Source: Leptospira biflexa (GTDB taxonomy: Bacteria; Spirochaetota; Leptospiria; Turneriellales; DYLW01). From it: a stretch of DNA of 64,000 nt. A program made the translations under genes and the position numbers. Of this stretch, positions 10,845 to 21,464 are shown one piece after another. The first letter of the stretch is position 1, and every line of letters begins with the position of its first letter. The stretch is from positions 9,809-73,808 of the forward strand of contig DYOA01000005.1 of the NCBI GenBank assembly GCA_020720785.1, given 5' to 3'. A model generated the notes under the pieces. That model was not told where the DNA came from. It did no database searches and saw nothing but the letters and a program-made list of their open reading frames with translations.

Positions 10845-11669
10845 TTAATTTCCGCATTCTGCGAATAGATTGGAATTATCCAGATCTTTGATGCAGGTCA
10901 TCATAAAGGAGGAAAGTGTTTTAACTTCCAGGGGATCCACCATCCGCTCATCATCAATATTGAACTGGACTCCCATCTCTCCGGTCTGACCCACCCGGAC
11001 AATGACCGCTTTTTTGATGCGGATGACAAACCGGGGGATATAAATTTTAATCATGACCAGACTTTTGGGGGGGATTAAATCCAGAAAACGGGGATCCGCC
11101 ATAAATCCTGCTCCGTTCAGGCTGATATCCCGTACAATTACAGATATCTTCCTTTTGTCATCTATATGGATATCCGCTTTCACACTCTGGTCTTTCATTA
11201 CCAGCCGGAGAAACCCCCTCTGCAACCGGGCTTCTCCGGCGGGAAAAAAAAATTCCGATAATTTATTCAAAAAGCCGATGGCAATGGCATCGTCATTGAG
11301 ATTTTTTATGACGATGGGAATTCTATTCCGTTTAAACATGCCCTCCACTTTGGGATCAATATAACTGGTGTATACCACAGAGCGGTTTTTTATAAAATTT
11401 TCTATGACCAGGGAATAATCATTGGCTTTGGCAAACAGATCGGACTCTTTCCGTACTCCGGCTTGGTTAATGAAGCCGTCCAGAGAAAAAAGATAAAATT
11501 TTGTATCATTGTGTTTTTTTAGCAAGCGATGGATTTCTTTATGTTTTGTCTTTGTCAGTAAAACATCCGTCTTCAGCATCTCCACCCGGAGGGAATCACT
11601 GATGGCCGGCTCTCTGTCTATCCACATTACGCATTTGGGAGACGCTGTAACGTTGAATGTTATCTCCAT
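10845..11669 (-). CDS. PilZ-domain (c-di-GMP binding) protein with an unknown N-terminal domain
   Basis: The C-terminal part carries RxxxR (RGFLR) and D/NxSxxG (DISLNG), the PilZ motifs. Confidence 0.6.
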   Translation of the reverse strand: MEITFNVTASPKCVMWIDREPAISDSLRVEMLKTDVLLTKTKHKEIHRLLKKHNDTKFYLFSLDGFINQAGVRKESDLFAKANDYSLVIENFIKNRSVVYTSYIDPKVEGMFKRNRIPIVIKNLNDDAIAIGFLNKLSEFFFPAGEARLQRGFLRLVMKDQSVKADIHIDDKRKISVIVRDISLNGAGFMADPRFLDLIPPKSLVMIKIYIPRFVIRIKKAVIVRVGQTGEMGVQFNIDDERMVDPLEVKTLSSFMMTCIKDLDNSNLFAECGN

Positions 11670-11951
11670 AATCCAGTTATCAATTTCTGTTTCTGGATTA
11701 AAGCATTTTTTCCTCCGGACTTATGCAACCCGGATCAGAATCCGCAGCAAAGAAGGAGCCGGAACCGCAGTTTTTCTCCTCTTCCATACAACAACCCATC
11801 GGCCGGAATGACCGGAAAAAATTACTCCATCGCTGTGCCCTTTGGTATAGTGCCCTTCCCTCCGGCAAACGTCGCACATATTCCCTTGATATGTAATCCC
11901 CCCAAACGCCCAAATATTCTTGACAAACAGTGAAAACCAGCAGAATGAACC

Positions 11952-12404
11952 GTGGCATTTGTGTTATTATTTCTGTTTCTGGTCAGCTTTGTGCTGCTGG
12001 TCTTCACGTTCATCTATCCGTTTGGGCTGGTTTCCCTGATTGTCCAGCTTTTCATTGTGGGGGTGGCTCTGACCATTGTATATTTCCGTTATAAGAAACA
12101 AAAGGGGTATGTTTTTCTGGCTCTGCTGACCTTTTTCCATTTTCTGGTTCTGATTGCGATGGCTTTCATATTCCTTACCATCGCCCTGCCGCAGAGAGAA
12201 GAAAGCGATTTTAAAGATATTGGTTCCGGTATCCAGAAACTGTGGAAAAGCAAAAATGGAAGTCTTCCCGCAGAAAAACTGATCCCGGACGCGGAGAGAG
12301 GAGCTTTACCCCCGTTGGACCAGGAAGGGGGAAGCAAACTCCAGGATGATGGGAAAGATGGTATGCCGGGCGATGTGCGGGATTCGGTAAAAGACCCGTT
12401 TTAA
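11952..12404 (+). CDS. Hypothetical membrane protein (3 predicted TM segments, acidic/Gly-rich tail)
   Basis: ORF with a GTG start. The N-terminal 90 aa are strongly hydrophobic. I recognise no family. Confidence 0.4.
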   Translation: MAFVLLFLFLVSFVLLVFTFIYPFGLVSLIVQLFIVGVALTIVYFRYKKQKGYVFLALLTFFHFLVLIAMAFIFLTIALPQREESDFKDIGSGIQKLWKSKNGSLPAEKLIPDAERGALPPLDQEGGSKLQDDGKDGMPGDVRDSVKDPF

Positions 12405-12430
12405 TAAAATATGCGTTAAAGGAAAGATTT

Positions 12431-12850
12431 ATGGATGGTAAAAAAATCGGCTGGATTACTCTGAAAGTAAGTATCTGGTTTCTTGTGGGTGTTCTGGTGT
12501 TCTTATCTCTTCTCCCTCTGGTGCAGTGGTGGGCGGGGGTGATCGCATTCATTGTTCTGGCGGCTGTGGCCATTCTGAGCTTTCTGTTGCCGGATTTCGT
12601 GGACAAAATTGCCATCCCTCCCTACCGTGGATGGCTCAAAGCCATGATTGTGGTTTTCATCTTTGGATTCATTATGCATCTGGGTTGTTCTGTTTATTCG
12701 GATATGAAAATTGGAGATTTTGCTGAGGATGCCCATAAAGAAAAGAACACCGTCTTTGAAAAAACCAAAGTGGTCCAGCCTCCTGACAAAGTGATCCAGG
12801 GTCTGAACCGGCTGTACCAGGCAAAGCCGGAACAGAAAAAAGCGGAATAA
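12431..12850 (+). CDS. Hypothetical membrane protein
   Basis: 139 aa with about four hydrophobic segments. I recognise no family. Confidence 0.4.
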   Translation: MDGKKIGWITLKVSIWFLVGVLVFLSLLPLVQWWAGVIAFIVLAAVAILSFLLPDFVDKIAIPPYRGWLKAMIVVFIFGFIMHLGCSVYSDMKIGDFAEDAHKEKNTVFEKTKVVQPPDKVIQGLNRLYQAKPEQKKAE

Positions 12851-12857
12851 ATTTTTC

Positions 12858-14249
12858 ATGATCCCGTTTTCCTCACCCACCCTGAAATTTTCCGTCTCCG
12901 GTTTGAGGGGGGTGGTTCCCGCCGATTTAAACGCCCTGAATCTGCCCTTTCTGGTGGCGGCTTTTGAAAAAAGCCTGGGGAAAGGGAAAATTGCCGTGGC
13001 CAGAGATACCAGAGCCACCGGGGAATTCATTGAAAATATCACCATCGGGGCTTTGGCTGGCTTGGGGCGGGATGTGGTTTCTCTGGGGATTGCCCCCACT
13101 CCCACCATTAAGGCATACATAGCCCGGAATAAACTGGCAGGAGGGATCATGATTTCCGCCAGCCATAATCCGCCGGAATACAATGCTTTTAAGCTGATCA
13201 AATCAGGGGGTTTCTTTTTTGATGAGGAAGAGAATCAGGTTTTCACCCGGTATCTGCGGGAGATAATCCAGAACCCCGCTCCTGCAAAAAATGATTCCTA
13301 CCATGCCGGAAAAATACACCGAACGGCAGCGGGAAAAGAAAATGAAGCATACCAGCAGCATATTGACTCTGTGATCCGCCGGGTTCTGCCTTCCGGAGTG
13401 GCCGGGGATATTAAGGTGGCCATTGATCCGGTTTCCGCTGCCGCCTCTGAAATTGCCCCCATGTTTTTATCCCGGCTGGGGATTCCTTTTGTGGCTGTCC
13501 ACGGGGAATTCCGGAATGAGTTCCCCCGCAAGCCGGAACCCACGCCGGATGCGCTGAAGAAACTTTCTGCTCTGGTGAAGAATGAAAAATGCGACATCGG
13601 TTTTGCGTTTGATCCGGACGCAGACCGTTTGGCTCTGGTGGGGCCGGATGGAAAACCTCTGGGGGAAGAGTACACGCTGGCCATCTCTCTGGATGAATTT
13701 TACCATCGCCATTCTGGTCCTGCTGTGATTAATCTGTCCACTTCCTGGGTAAACGAGTTCATTGGCCTGCGGACAGGAAATGATATTTACCGTAGCAAAG
13801 TGGGAGAGGCCAATGTGGTGGCCATGATGCGGGAGAAGAAGGCCAAATTTGGCGGTGAAGGAAATGGTGGCGTGATTGACCCGGCCATCCCGTCCTATGG
13901 CAGGGATTCTCTGGCAGCTATGGCATATATTCTGGGTTCCCTGAGCAGAAGACCTCTGGCAGAAACTCTGGCCGGATTTCCTGTTCTTTCCATGGAAAAA
14001 ATGGTGGTACGGCTGGAGGGGAATAACCCCAAAGAAGTGACCGCTTGGCTCCGGAAAACCTCGGATAAAATCAGAAAGAAATATAAAGATTTCCAACTGG
14101 ACACATCGGACGGATACCGTTTTGCACCCACAGAAGGGTTGCCCTGGATTCATATCCGCTCCTCCAATACCGAACCCATCATCCGGGTGATTGTGGAAGC
14201 CCATTCCGGAAAAGAAACCCGGGAAATCCTGCAATATCTCTCCTCCTGA
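12858..14249 (+). CDS. Phosphohexomutase (phosphoglucosamine/phosphoglucomutase/phosphomannomutase family)
   Basis: The active-site Ser loop is SASHNPPEYNAFK. The metal loop is FAFDPDADR and the sugar loop is GGEGNGG. Confidence 0.85.
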   Translation: MIPFSSPTLKFSVSGLRGVVPADLNALNLPFLVAAFEKSLGKGKIAVARDTRATGEFIENITIGALAGLGRDVVSLGIAPTPTIKAYIARNKLAGGIMISASHNPPEYNAFKLIKSGGFFFDEEENQVFTRYLREIIQNPAPAKNDSYHAGKIHRTAAGKENEAYQQHIDSVIRRVLPSGVAGDIKVAIDPVSAAASEIAPMFLSRLGIPFVAVHGEFRNEFPRKPEPTPDALKKLSALVKNEKCDIGFAFDPDADRLALVGPDGKPLGEEYTLAISLDEFYHRHSGPAVINLSTSWVNEFIGLRTGNDIYRSKVGEANVVAMMREKKAKFGGEGNGGVIDPAIPSYGRDSLAAMAYILGSLSRRPLAETLAGFPVLSMEKMVVRLEGNNPKEVTAWLRKTSDKIRKKYKDFQLDTSDGYRFAPTEGLPWIHIRSSNTEPIIRVIVEAHSGKETREILQYLSS

Positions 14250-14296
14250 CTGGCGAAAAAGCTGGTCTGGTTTTCCTTTCCGCCGATAATGTACGT

Positions 14297-15046
14297 ATGA
14301 AAACCAGATTCTCCGCCAGGATTGGAATATCATCGGTTGTTTTTTTTATGGCATTGATCAGCACCATAAGATTGGAAGCCACTCCGGAAAAGTTTGATCA
14401 CCTTTCCGTTTACAAAATCCTCCCTAATCCGGGGAATGGACCTGTCCGGGAAGAAATCCGGGAGGCGGAAAATGCAAACGGAATTTTTGCCACCTATGAA
14501 TATGACCAGAAAAATCTTCTGATACGTGAAAATTATTTTAACCCTGAAGGAAAAGCGGAAGGATATCTGGTCCACCATTATAAATCCGGACGACTGCAAA
14601 AAAGCGAACTTTTCAACGCACAGAATATCATCCGGGAAACCATAGAATATAAGACAATATCCGGAGGAAAGATTTCCTCTTACAAGGTGACAGACACCAA
14701 TAACCAGAATAAGCTTTCCTGGTCATTCCAATATGACTCCAAAGGCCGGTTGATTTCCGGATTCCGGGTTTTAAACAAGGATAAAACGGAAAGCTTTTCC
14801 ATGGAATACGAAGACAACCAGAGCATCCAAGTCATTATAGACGCCAAGGGGGAGAAGAGCGGAAGCATCCAAACCCTTTATGCCCGGGGAAAAGTATCCC
14901 AGCGTATTAAAAATTATAATACCGGAATCCAGAGAATTGATTATATGTATGATTCCAATGGCCGGCTTTCAGAAATGAAATTTTTCAACACGGAGAGAGG
15001 AAAATTCATTCTGGTTAAAGTGCACAAACTGAAATACGCTAATTAG
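14297..15046 (+). CDS. Small secreted YD-repeat-like protein
   Basis: It has an N-terminal signal-like hydrophobic segment. YD-type repeats are YEYDQKNLLI, FQYDSKGRLI and YMYDSNGRLS. Confidence 0.5.
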   Translation: MKTRFSARIGISSVVFFMALISTIRLEATPEKFDHLSVYKILPNPGNGPVREEIREAENANGIFATYEYDQKNLLIRENYFNPEGKAEGYLVHHYKSGRLQKSELFNAQNIIRETIEYKTISGGKISSYKVTDTNNQNKLSWSFQYDSKGRLISGFRVLNKDKTESFSMEYEDNQSIQVIIDAKGEKSGSIQTLYARGKVSQRIKNYNTGIQRIDYMYDSNGRLSEMKFFNTERGKFILVKVHKLKYAN

Positions 15047-16100
15047 TTTTTCCCGCCAGCAGTTTTGCCTTCAATCCTTCCTTTAGAAGGACTTCATTGT
15101 GCAGGATGGTGAATTCAATTTTCACATAAAAGAAATTTTTCAGCACGGAAAAGTGGTCCCGGAATTTGCGTAGCCGGATCCAATCCTTTTCTGTGGTAAT
15201 CAGAAAATCATAGGGTTCCACTCTTTTCAGGATGTTTTCAATATCCCGGATATCGTATTCATGGTGATCCCGGTAACTGATGGACTCCACATCGGCCACG
15301 CCCAGGGAGCGAAGAGTGGCCTCAAATGCCCTGTGGTTCCCAATGGCAGAGAGAGCCCATACCGATTCATTTATTAACAAATCCAATTTTTTTGTTTTCT
15401 GTTTTCCTGTTATTCTCTGATCTTCAGTATATGGTAGCTTCACCAGGGCGGACGGCCGGTGGGAACTCCGGAATATCATTTCATGGCCGGAGAGGGTCTG
15501 GAGTTCTTCTGTGAGTTTTTCCACAGAAGGCGGGTCTGCGATATCCGCTTTGGTAATGATCACAATATCTGACCGTTTCAGGGCGTCCAGAGGTTCCCGT
15601 AAAATTCCGTTGGGGAGGGTATGGCGGTTCCCAAACGGATTGGTGGCGTCCACCAGGACAATGTCCACATCTCTTTCCAGGGCATAGTGCTGGAATCCAT
15701 CATCCAGAATAAATAAATCCGTCTGGAAATTTTTCTGAAGGAGCATGGCAGACTCATAGCGTTTTCTTCCCACGCCCACCGGAATACCGGGGAGATTGGC
15801 AGCCAGAAGCCAGGGTTCATCCCCACTCTGGCTGGAATCCAGAAGAATGTTTTTTCCATCGGACAGGATGTGATTTTCCTTCACCAAACTGCCCCCATAT
15901 CCACGGGATAAAATTCCAATATTATAGTCCTCATTCTGCAGTATCTGGGTAAAATAAATAACACCGGGGGTTTTTCCTGTGCCACCAGTGGTAATATTTC
16001 CAATGGAAAGGACTTTGGCATTATCAATGTGCTGGGGTTTGCTCATGTTTTTGTTTATTCTGTCCCCCAACTGGTAGATCATCTCTAAAGGGTTTGCCAT
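15039..16100 (-). CDS. lpxK: Tetraacyldisaccharide 4'-kinase
   Basis: The P-loop is GNITTGGTGKTP. I placed the start at the internal Met (MANPLEM...). The ORF-track extension to 16205 looks spurious and would overlap the divergent hemH start. Confidence 0.85.
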   Translation of the reverse strand: MANPLEMIYQLGDRINKNMSKPQHIDNAKVLSIGNITTGGTGKTPGVIYFTQILQNEDYNIGILSRGYGGSLVKENHILSDGKNILLDSSQSGDEPWLLAANLPGIPVGVGRKRYESAMLLQKNFQTDLFILDDGFQHYALERDVDIVLVDATNPFGNRHTLPNGILREPLDALKRSDIVIITKADIADPPSVEKLTEELQTLSGHEMIFRSSHRPSALVKLPYTEDQRITGKQKTKKLDLLINESVWALSAIGNHRAFEATLRSLGVADVESISYRDHHEYDIRDIENILKRVEPYDFLITTEKDWIRLRKFRDHFSVLKNFFYVKIEFTILHNEVLLKEGLKAKLLAGKTN

Positions 16101-16171
16101 GAGGTTTTTTCCCACAGTTTTCCGGATTGTCAATGATAAAATGATGGTGGCGGAGGGCGGGACGGGCGGAT

Positions 16172-17257
16172 ATGAGCAAAATCTCTTTGACGGCAGGAAA
16201 AGCAATCCCGGTTTATCTTGTGGCAGAGGAAAGAACCGGTCTTTTAATTCTGAATACGGGAACCCCGGACTCCCCGGATGCGAAAGATGTCAGAAAATAT
16301 CTTCAGGAGTTTCTGATGGACAGAAATGTGATTGATGCTCCCTGGCCCGTCCGGGCGATGATTGTCCACGGCTTTGTATTGCCCCGCCGTCCCCGGGTTT
16401 CCTCCCGGCGTTATGCACAGATATGGGAAACCGATTCCCCGTTGCGTTTACGGACTCAGGAGATTACCGGGAAACTGCGGACGATGTTTCCCTTTTATGC
16501 AACGGAATATGCCATGCGCTACGGTAATCCATCGGTGGCGTCTGTTATCCGGAAATTCCGGGAAGAAAACATTAGCCGTGTGGTTGTGTTTCCATTGTTT
16601 CCCCATTACGCCATGTCCAGCTACGGCTCTGCGGTGGAGCATGCGGAAGAGATACTCAGGCAATTTGGAATCCATTATACCGTCATCCCGCCTTACTACC
16701 GCCAGCCGGAATATATTCATGCCCTGTCTGCACATACGGAACGCTATCTAAAACAGCTTTATCCACGCGGAGATTGGGATTATCTGGTTTTTTCCTATCA
16801 CTCCGTACCCGTCCGGCATCTTAAAAAAACCGATCCCACAGGAAATCACTGCCGGGCGGACGGGAGCTGTTGTGTGACTCCGTCTCCCGCCCATGATTTC
16901 TGCTACCGGCACCAGGTTCTGGAGACCACCCGTCTGGTGGCGGAGAAACTCCATTTGCCCCAGGATAGATATGGAGTGTATTTCCAGTCCCGCTTTGACG
17001 CTTCCTCCTGGTTGTCTCCGTTTCTGGAGTCTGCTCTGCGGGAAATGCCCGGACGCCGGAAAAAGCGGATTGCCATCATCGCAGGGTCATTTATCACCGA
17101 CGGCCTGGAAACCCTGGAGGAAATCAATATCAGCGGAAGAGAAATATTTCTTTCTGCCGGCGGGGAAGAATATGGGATCATACCCCCCCTGAACGCGGAA
17201 GATTTATGGATCAACGCCGCCGCCACCATCATCCGCAAGGCCGATGGGTTGGAATAA
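16172..17257 (+). CDS. hemH: Ferrochelatase
   Basis: Motifs are LLILNTGTPDSPD..VRKYLQEFLMDRNVID and the later FSYHSVP. Confidence 0.85.
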   Translation: MSKISLTAGKAIPVYLVAEERTGLLILNTGTPDSPDAKDVRKYLQEFLMDRNVIDAPWPVRAMIVHGFVLPRRPRVSSRRYAQIWETDSPLRLRTQEITGKLRTMFPFYATEYAMRYGNPSVASVIRKFREENISRVVVFPLFPHYAMSSYGSAVEHAEEILRQFGIHYTVIPPYYRQPEYIHALSAHTERYLKQLYPRGDWDYLVFSYHSVPVRHLKKTDPTGNHCRADGSCCVTPSPAHDFCYRHQVLETTRLVAEKLHLPQDRYGVYFQSRFDASSWLSPFLESALREMPGRRKKRIAIIAGSFITDGLETLEEINISGREIFLSAGGEEYGIIPPLNAEDLWINAAATIIRKADGLE

Positions 17258-18599
17258 TTCATTTACTTCCCGCCCGCCCGTGGAAAATATGCCCATGGAT
17301 CCCATCCCCGTAAAACCCTATAGCGTAGCAGAAATCAGTGATCGGCTCAAGGCCACCATAGCCACCGACCCAATGCTGAATTCCGTTTACGTGATTGGAG
17401 AAATAATAGAGATAAAAATTAATTCGGGATCCGGCCATGCATATTTCACCATTGCGGATAAAAGTGCTGCTCTGGTCCCCGGGAATAAGCAGGTTTTACG
17501 ATGTGTTATGTGGAGGGGCAGGGTGGCCACCCTGAAAGTCCTTCCCAAAATTGGGAATGAGGTGGTCCTTTTTGGTAAGATCACCATCTATGAGCCATCC
17601 TCCAGCTATAATTTTTCCGTGGAAAGCCTCCGGTACCAGGGAGAGGGGGATCTGGCAAAAAAAATTGAGGAGATTCGCCGGAAACTCCGGGAAGAGGGAT
17701 TAACGGATCCCTCCCGGAAGAAGCCCCTACCTCTTCTGCCCCGGACAATCGGGATCATTTCCGGACAGGAAACTGCGGCCCTGCGGGATATCTTCAAGCA
17801 GATCCAGGACCGTTATCCCCATGTGGATGTGATTTTTGCTCCAGCTCGGATGCAGGGAGAGGGTTCCGCCGTATCTGTGATCAATGCCATTAATGAGATC
17901 ATAAAACCCCAGTATGCCATTGATGTATTGATTATTGCCCGTGGCGGTGGCTCCCAGGAAGATCTGATGGCCTTTAATGATATGGATCTGGCCCGCCGGG
18001 TTGCGGATATTCCAATTCCTGTGGTTACGGGGATTGGCCATGAAATTGATCATCCTGTCGTTGACGATGTGGCCGATGTGGCCGCAGCCACTCCCACAGA
18101 CGCCGCCAAGCTGGTTCTTCCGGACGTGGAGGAATTGGCGGCAAATATTCAAGGAAAATTTATCTATCTGGAAAGCCGGGTGAAAAGCACTCTCCAGAAC
18201 CTGTCCGGCCGGCTTCAGCTTGTTTCTGAAAGGCCTTTTTTTCGTGATCCCCAGGTTTTGCTGGAGGCAAAATCCATCTATCTGGATGATCTCAACCAGA
18301 TGCTCCGGGATGGCCTGCGGAGTGTCCTGGATATTTCCTGGGACTCTTTCCGGGGAATTCCGGATCTGGAACCCCAGTTTCAGATGTATTTCCAGAAAGT
18401 TTCCTCCCGGATGGAGAATATCTCTTCCCGCTTCCTGGCATATTCCCCCCTGGCCACATTAAAAAGGGGATTTTCTGTGGTTTATCATAATGGAAAGATT
18501 CTTGCCTCATCCCGGAATCTGCACCCGGACGATGAAATCCGGATCCAATTCCATGACGGGGAAAGAAACGCGAAAGTCCTACCCGATATTTTTTTATAA
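17244..18599 (+). CDS. xseA: Exodeoxyribonuclease VII large subunit
   Basis: It has an OB-fold N-terminus (VYVIGEI..SGHAYFTI.D), then IGIISGQETAALRD and IARGGGSQEDL. The true start may be the Met at 17289. No xseB follows. Confidence 0.85.
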   Translation: MGWNNSFTSRPPVENMPMDPIPVKPYSVAEISDRLKATIATDPMLNSVYVIGEIIEIKINSGSGHAYFTIADKSAALVPGNKQVLRCVMWRGRVATLKVLPKIGNEVVLFGKITIYEPSSSYNFSVESLRYQGEGDLAKKIEEIRRKLREEGLTDPSRKKPLPLLPRTIGIISGQETAALRDIFKQIQDRYPHVDVIFAPARMQGEGSAVSVINAINEIIKPQYAIDVLIIARGGGSQEDLMAFNDMDLARRVADIPIPVVTGIGHEIDHPVVDDVADVAAATPTDAAKLVLPDVEELAANIQGKFIYLESRVKSTLQNLSGRLQLVSERPFFRDPQVLLEAKSIYLDDLNQMLRDGLRSVLDISWDSFRGIPDLEPQFQMYFQKVSSRMENISSRFLAYSPLATLKRGFSVVYHNGKILASSRNLHPDDEIRIQFHDGERNAKVLPDIFL

Positions 18600-18637
18600 A
18601 AAAGTTTACGGGCTGGATGTGGTTCCCATAATCTCTT

Positions 18638-19567
18638 ATGATTTACCGTATCATAAATGACTATATTGTGTGGATGCTTCATAATCTGGAAGAGAAATTT
18701 GAAAGCACCCATTCTTTTAAATTCATTGGAGCACTTCTGGTGGGGATTTTTATTGCCGGAATTATTCTCATTGAGCTGAACCGGCAAAATATCCTTCCAT
18801 CGTCCATGGCGGATAAACTGCCCACAAATCACCTGATTGCCATTGATATGGTTTTTAATCTGCTTTTATTCATAGAGGTCATCAGCCTCATTTTCAAGAT
18901 GGTGCGGTCATTTTCCGACTCCGTGGGAAAACAGTTTGAGGTGTTCAGTCTGATTCTCCTGCGGGATACGTTTAAGGAATTTTCCCACTTCCAGGAGCCG
19001 CTGTGCTGGAGCAATGTGGCACCCGCCATCATTCCCATTCTGGCCACATCCGGAGGGAGCTTGGTAATTTTTGTCTTGATTGGTTTTTATTATAAACTGC
19101 AGAAGCATAAACCCATTTCCAGAGATGAAAATAATATTTCTTCCTTCAAAGCCGCAAAATATACCATTGCCTTGTTGCTTCTGGTGGTTATCCAATTTCT
19201 GGGAGTTCTTTCTCTTTACCAGCAGATTGCGTATGGGAAAGCGTATTTTTCTGTTTTTGGGGCATTTTATACCGTGCTGGTTTTTGCGGATATTTTTATT
19301 GTAATTTTTTCTATTCGTGGAAATTACAGTTATCCGGTGGCGTTCCGGAATTCCGGTTTTGCTGTTTCCACCATCATTATCCGGCTGGCATTGATTGCTC
19401 CCCCTGCCTATGGAGCAGGCATCGGTATTGGGGCTGCTGTTTTTGCCATATCTCTGACCCTGGCCTATAATTATTTTACCTCAGAAGAATCTGTGATTGA
19501 ATTTTTAATCGACCGGGAAAAAAGAAAAGTCATTGCACGGAATCATTTGAAAAAAAACCAAATATAG
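18638..19567 (+). CDS. Hypothetical polytopic membrane protein
   Basis: 309 aa with 6 or more hydrophobic segments. I recognise no family. Confidence 0.45.
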   Translation: MIYRIINDYIVWMLHNLEEKFESTHSFKFIGALLVGIFIAGIILIELNRQNILPSSMADKLPTNHLIAIDMVFNLLLFIEVISLIFKMVRSFSDSVGKQFEVFSLILLRDTFKEFSHFQEPLCWSNVAPAIIPILATSGGSLVIFVLIGFYYKLQKHKPISRDENNISSFKAAKYTIALLLLVVIQFLGVLSLYQQIAYGKAYFSVFGAFYTVLVFADIFIVIFSIRGNYSYPVAFRNSGFAVSTIIIRLALIAPPAYGAGIGIGAAVFAISLTLAYNYFTSEESVIEFLIDREKRKVIARNHLKKNQI

Positions 19568-19712
19568 TATTCTTTTTTCTCTCCTTGAATAAGAAAACTT
19601 TGTCGATTGTAAATATGGACAGTATTTTATATCATTACCCCGGGGTTTTCATCCCGGATAGAAAAAATGAACCCCAAAAAATCGTTGGGAAAGCGGAGTG
19701 AAAGGTTAAAGT

Positions 19713-21449
19713 ATGGAAGATCAAATGAAGAAAAACGGATCACAGGTTTTACTGGATTCGCTGCGACATCATGGAGTGGACACCCTTTTTGGGATACCCG
19801 GAGGGGCATTGCTTCCTTTCTATGATGAAATATACAAATCCAATTTCCGGCATTTCAATACCCGGATGGAACAGGGTGCCGCGTTTGCCGCAGAGGGATA
19901 CGCCCGTGCCACGGGAAAACTGGGGGTGGCCATCGGTACCTCCGGTCCCGGCTCCACCAACTTATTGACCGGTATTGCCAATGCAAAGCTGGATTCCATT
20001 CCAGTGTTGTATATTTCCGGGCAGGTGGCTACCAGCGTGATTGGGACCGACGCGTTCCAAGAATCCGATACCTACGGAATGAGCATCCCGGTGACAAAAT
20101 ATAATGCCCTGGTAAAAAAAGCGGACGATATGGCCCGTATTGCAGAAGAGGCCATTGTGGTGGCCAAAGCAAAAAGGCCAGGTCCCGTGCTCATTGATCT
20201 TCCCAAAGATGTCCAGGGAGAAATGACCTCTCACTTAAAACCCGGCAATCTGCATATTGCGGAGCATCACTATAAAAACGCGCCGGTAAAAGGGGATTTG
20301 GCCAAACTGATCTCTGCCATCAATCGTGCCAATAAGCCCATATTATACGTGGGCGGTGGAGCCATTTCATCCAATGCATCCAAAAATATTTATGAACTGG
20401 CCACAAAAGCGGAAATCCCGGTGGTGACCACCATTATGGGACTGGGGGCTTTTCCCGGAGCCCATGACCTGTGTCTGGGAATGCCCGGTATGCATGGGAC
20501 CGCGTATGCGAATAAGGCCATCATGGAAGCGGATTTCATTATGGCCATGGGTGCCCGGTTTGATGACCGGGTGGCCGGAGACGTGGCGGATTTTGCCCAC
20601 CAGGCGGTGAGGGTACACATTGATATTGATCCGGCAGAATTCAACAAGCGGGTCAATGTGGACATTTATATTGAAGGGGATCTGAATGAAGTGCTGGAGC
20701 AGATTTTACCGGATGTCCATGCCATCAAAAACCGTCCCTGGGCTTCCCATATCCAGAATTTAAAAAAGAATAATCCATTGAAATATAACAAGGTGGAGGG
20801 ATTCATCAAGCCCCAGCAGATTATCCATCGTCTCTGGGAAAAAACAAAAGGGGATGCCATCATCGCGTCCGATGTGGGACAACACCAGATGTGGGCCGCC
20901 CTTTTTTATATGTTCAAAGAACCCCGGCAATGGCTGAATTCCGGTGGTCTGGGATCCATGGGCTTTGGTTTTCCTGCGGGAATCGGGGCCAAAGTGGGAA
21001 GACCGGACAAGGAAGTGGTTGTCATCACCGGGGATGGCTCGTTCCAGATGAATATTCAGGAACTGGCCACGATACGCCAGAATAATATCAAGGTGAAAAT
21101 TATGGTGCTGAATAATTCCTATCTGGGGATGGTGCGGCAATGGCAGGAAATGTTTTACGATGAGCGTTATGCCAGTGTCCATAATGAGTTCAACCCGGAC
21201 TTTGTAAAGGTTGCCCAGGCATACTCCATTCCTGCCAAACGCGTCCAGAAAAGCAGCGAAATTGATGATGGCATTGATTTTTTACTCAAAACAGATGATG
21301 CCGCACTGCTGGAAGTGGACATTCCTCCCGGAGAAAAGGTTTTCCCAATGGTTCCTTCCGGGCTGAAATATGATTCCATGATTATGTTTGATGAAAAGAG
21401 CGAACCGGGGGAGATGATAACCGTAATCCCAAACCGGACCATAAAATAA
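19713..21449 (+). CDS. ilvB: Acetolactate synthase large (catalytic) subunit
   Basis: ThDP enzyme motifs are [23 protein letters not shown] and [25 protein letters not shown]. Confidence 0.95.
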   Translation: MEDQMKKNGSQVLLDSLRHHGVDTLFGIPGGALLPFYDEIYKSNFRHFNTRMEQGAAFAAEGYARATGKLGVAIGTSGPGSTNLLTGIANAKLDSIPVLYISGQVATSVIGTDAFQESDTYGMSIPVTKYNALVKKADDMARIAEEAIVVAKAKRPGPVLIDLPKDVQGEMTSHLKPGNLHIAEHHYKNAPVKGDLAKLISAINRANKPILYVGGGAISSNASKNIYELATKAEIPVVTTIMGLGAFPGAHDLCLGMPGMHGTAYANKAIMEADFIMAMGARFDDRVAGDVADFAHQAVRVHIDIDPAEFNKRVNVDIYIEGDLNEVLEQILPDVHAIKNRPWASHIQNLKKNNPLKYNKVEGFIKPQQIIHRLWEKTKGDAIIASDVGQHQMWAALFYMFKEPRQWLNSGGLGSMGFGFPAGIGAKVGRPDKEVVVITGDGSFQMNIQELATIRQNNIKVKIMVLNNSYLGMVRQWQEMFYDERYASVHNEFNPDFVKVAQAYSIPAKRVQKSSEIDDGIDFLLKTDDAALLEVDIPPGEKVFPMVPSGLKYDSMIMFDEKSEPGEMITVIPNRTIK

Positions 21450-21464
21450 GGAAATGGGGAAAAT

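Noticed and set aside
19615-19701. A 28-codon ORF (MDSILYHYPGVFIPDRKNEPQKIVGKAE) plus an imperfect hairpin upstream of ilvB, read as a branched-chain amino-acid attenuator.
   Set aside because: There is no run of Ile/Val/Leu codons and no terminator with a U-tract. The stem (GGGGTT..TCAT / ATGAACCCC) is weak.
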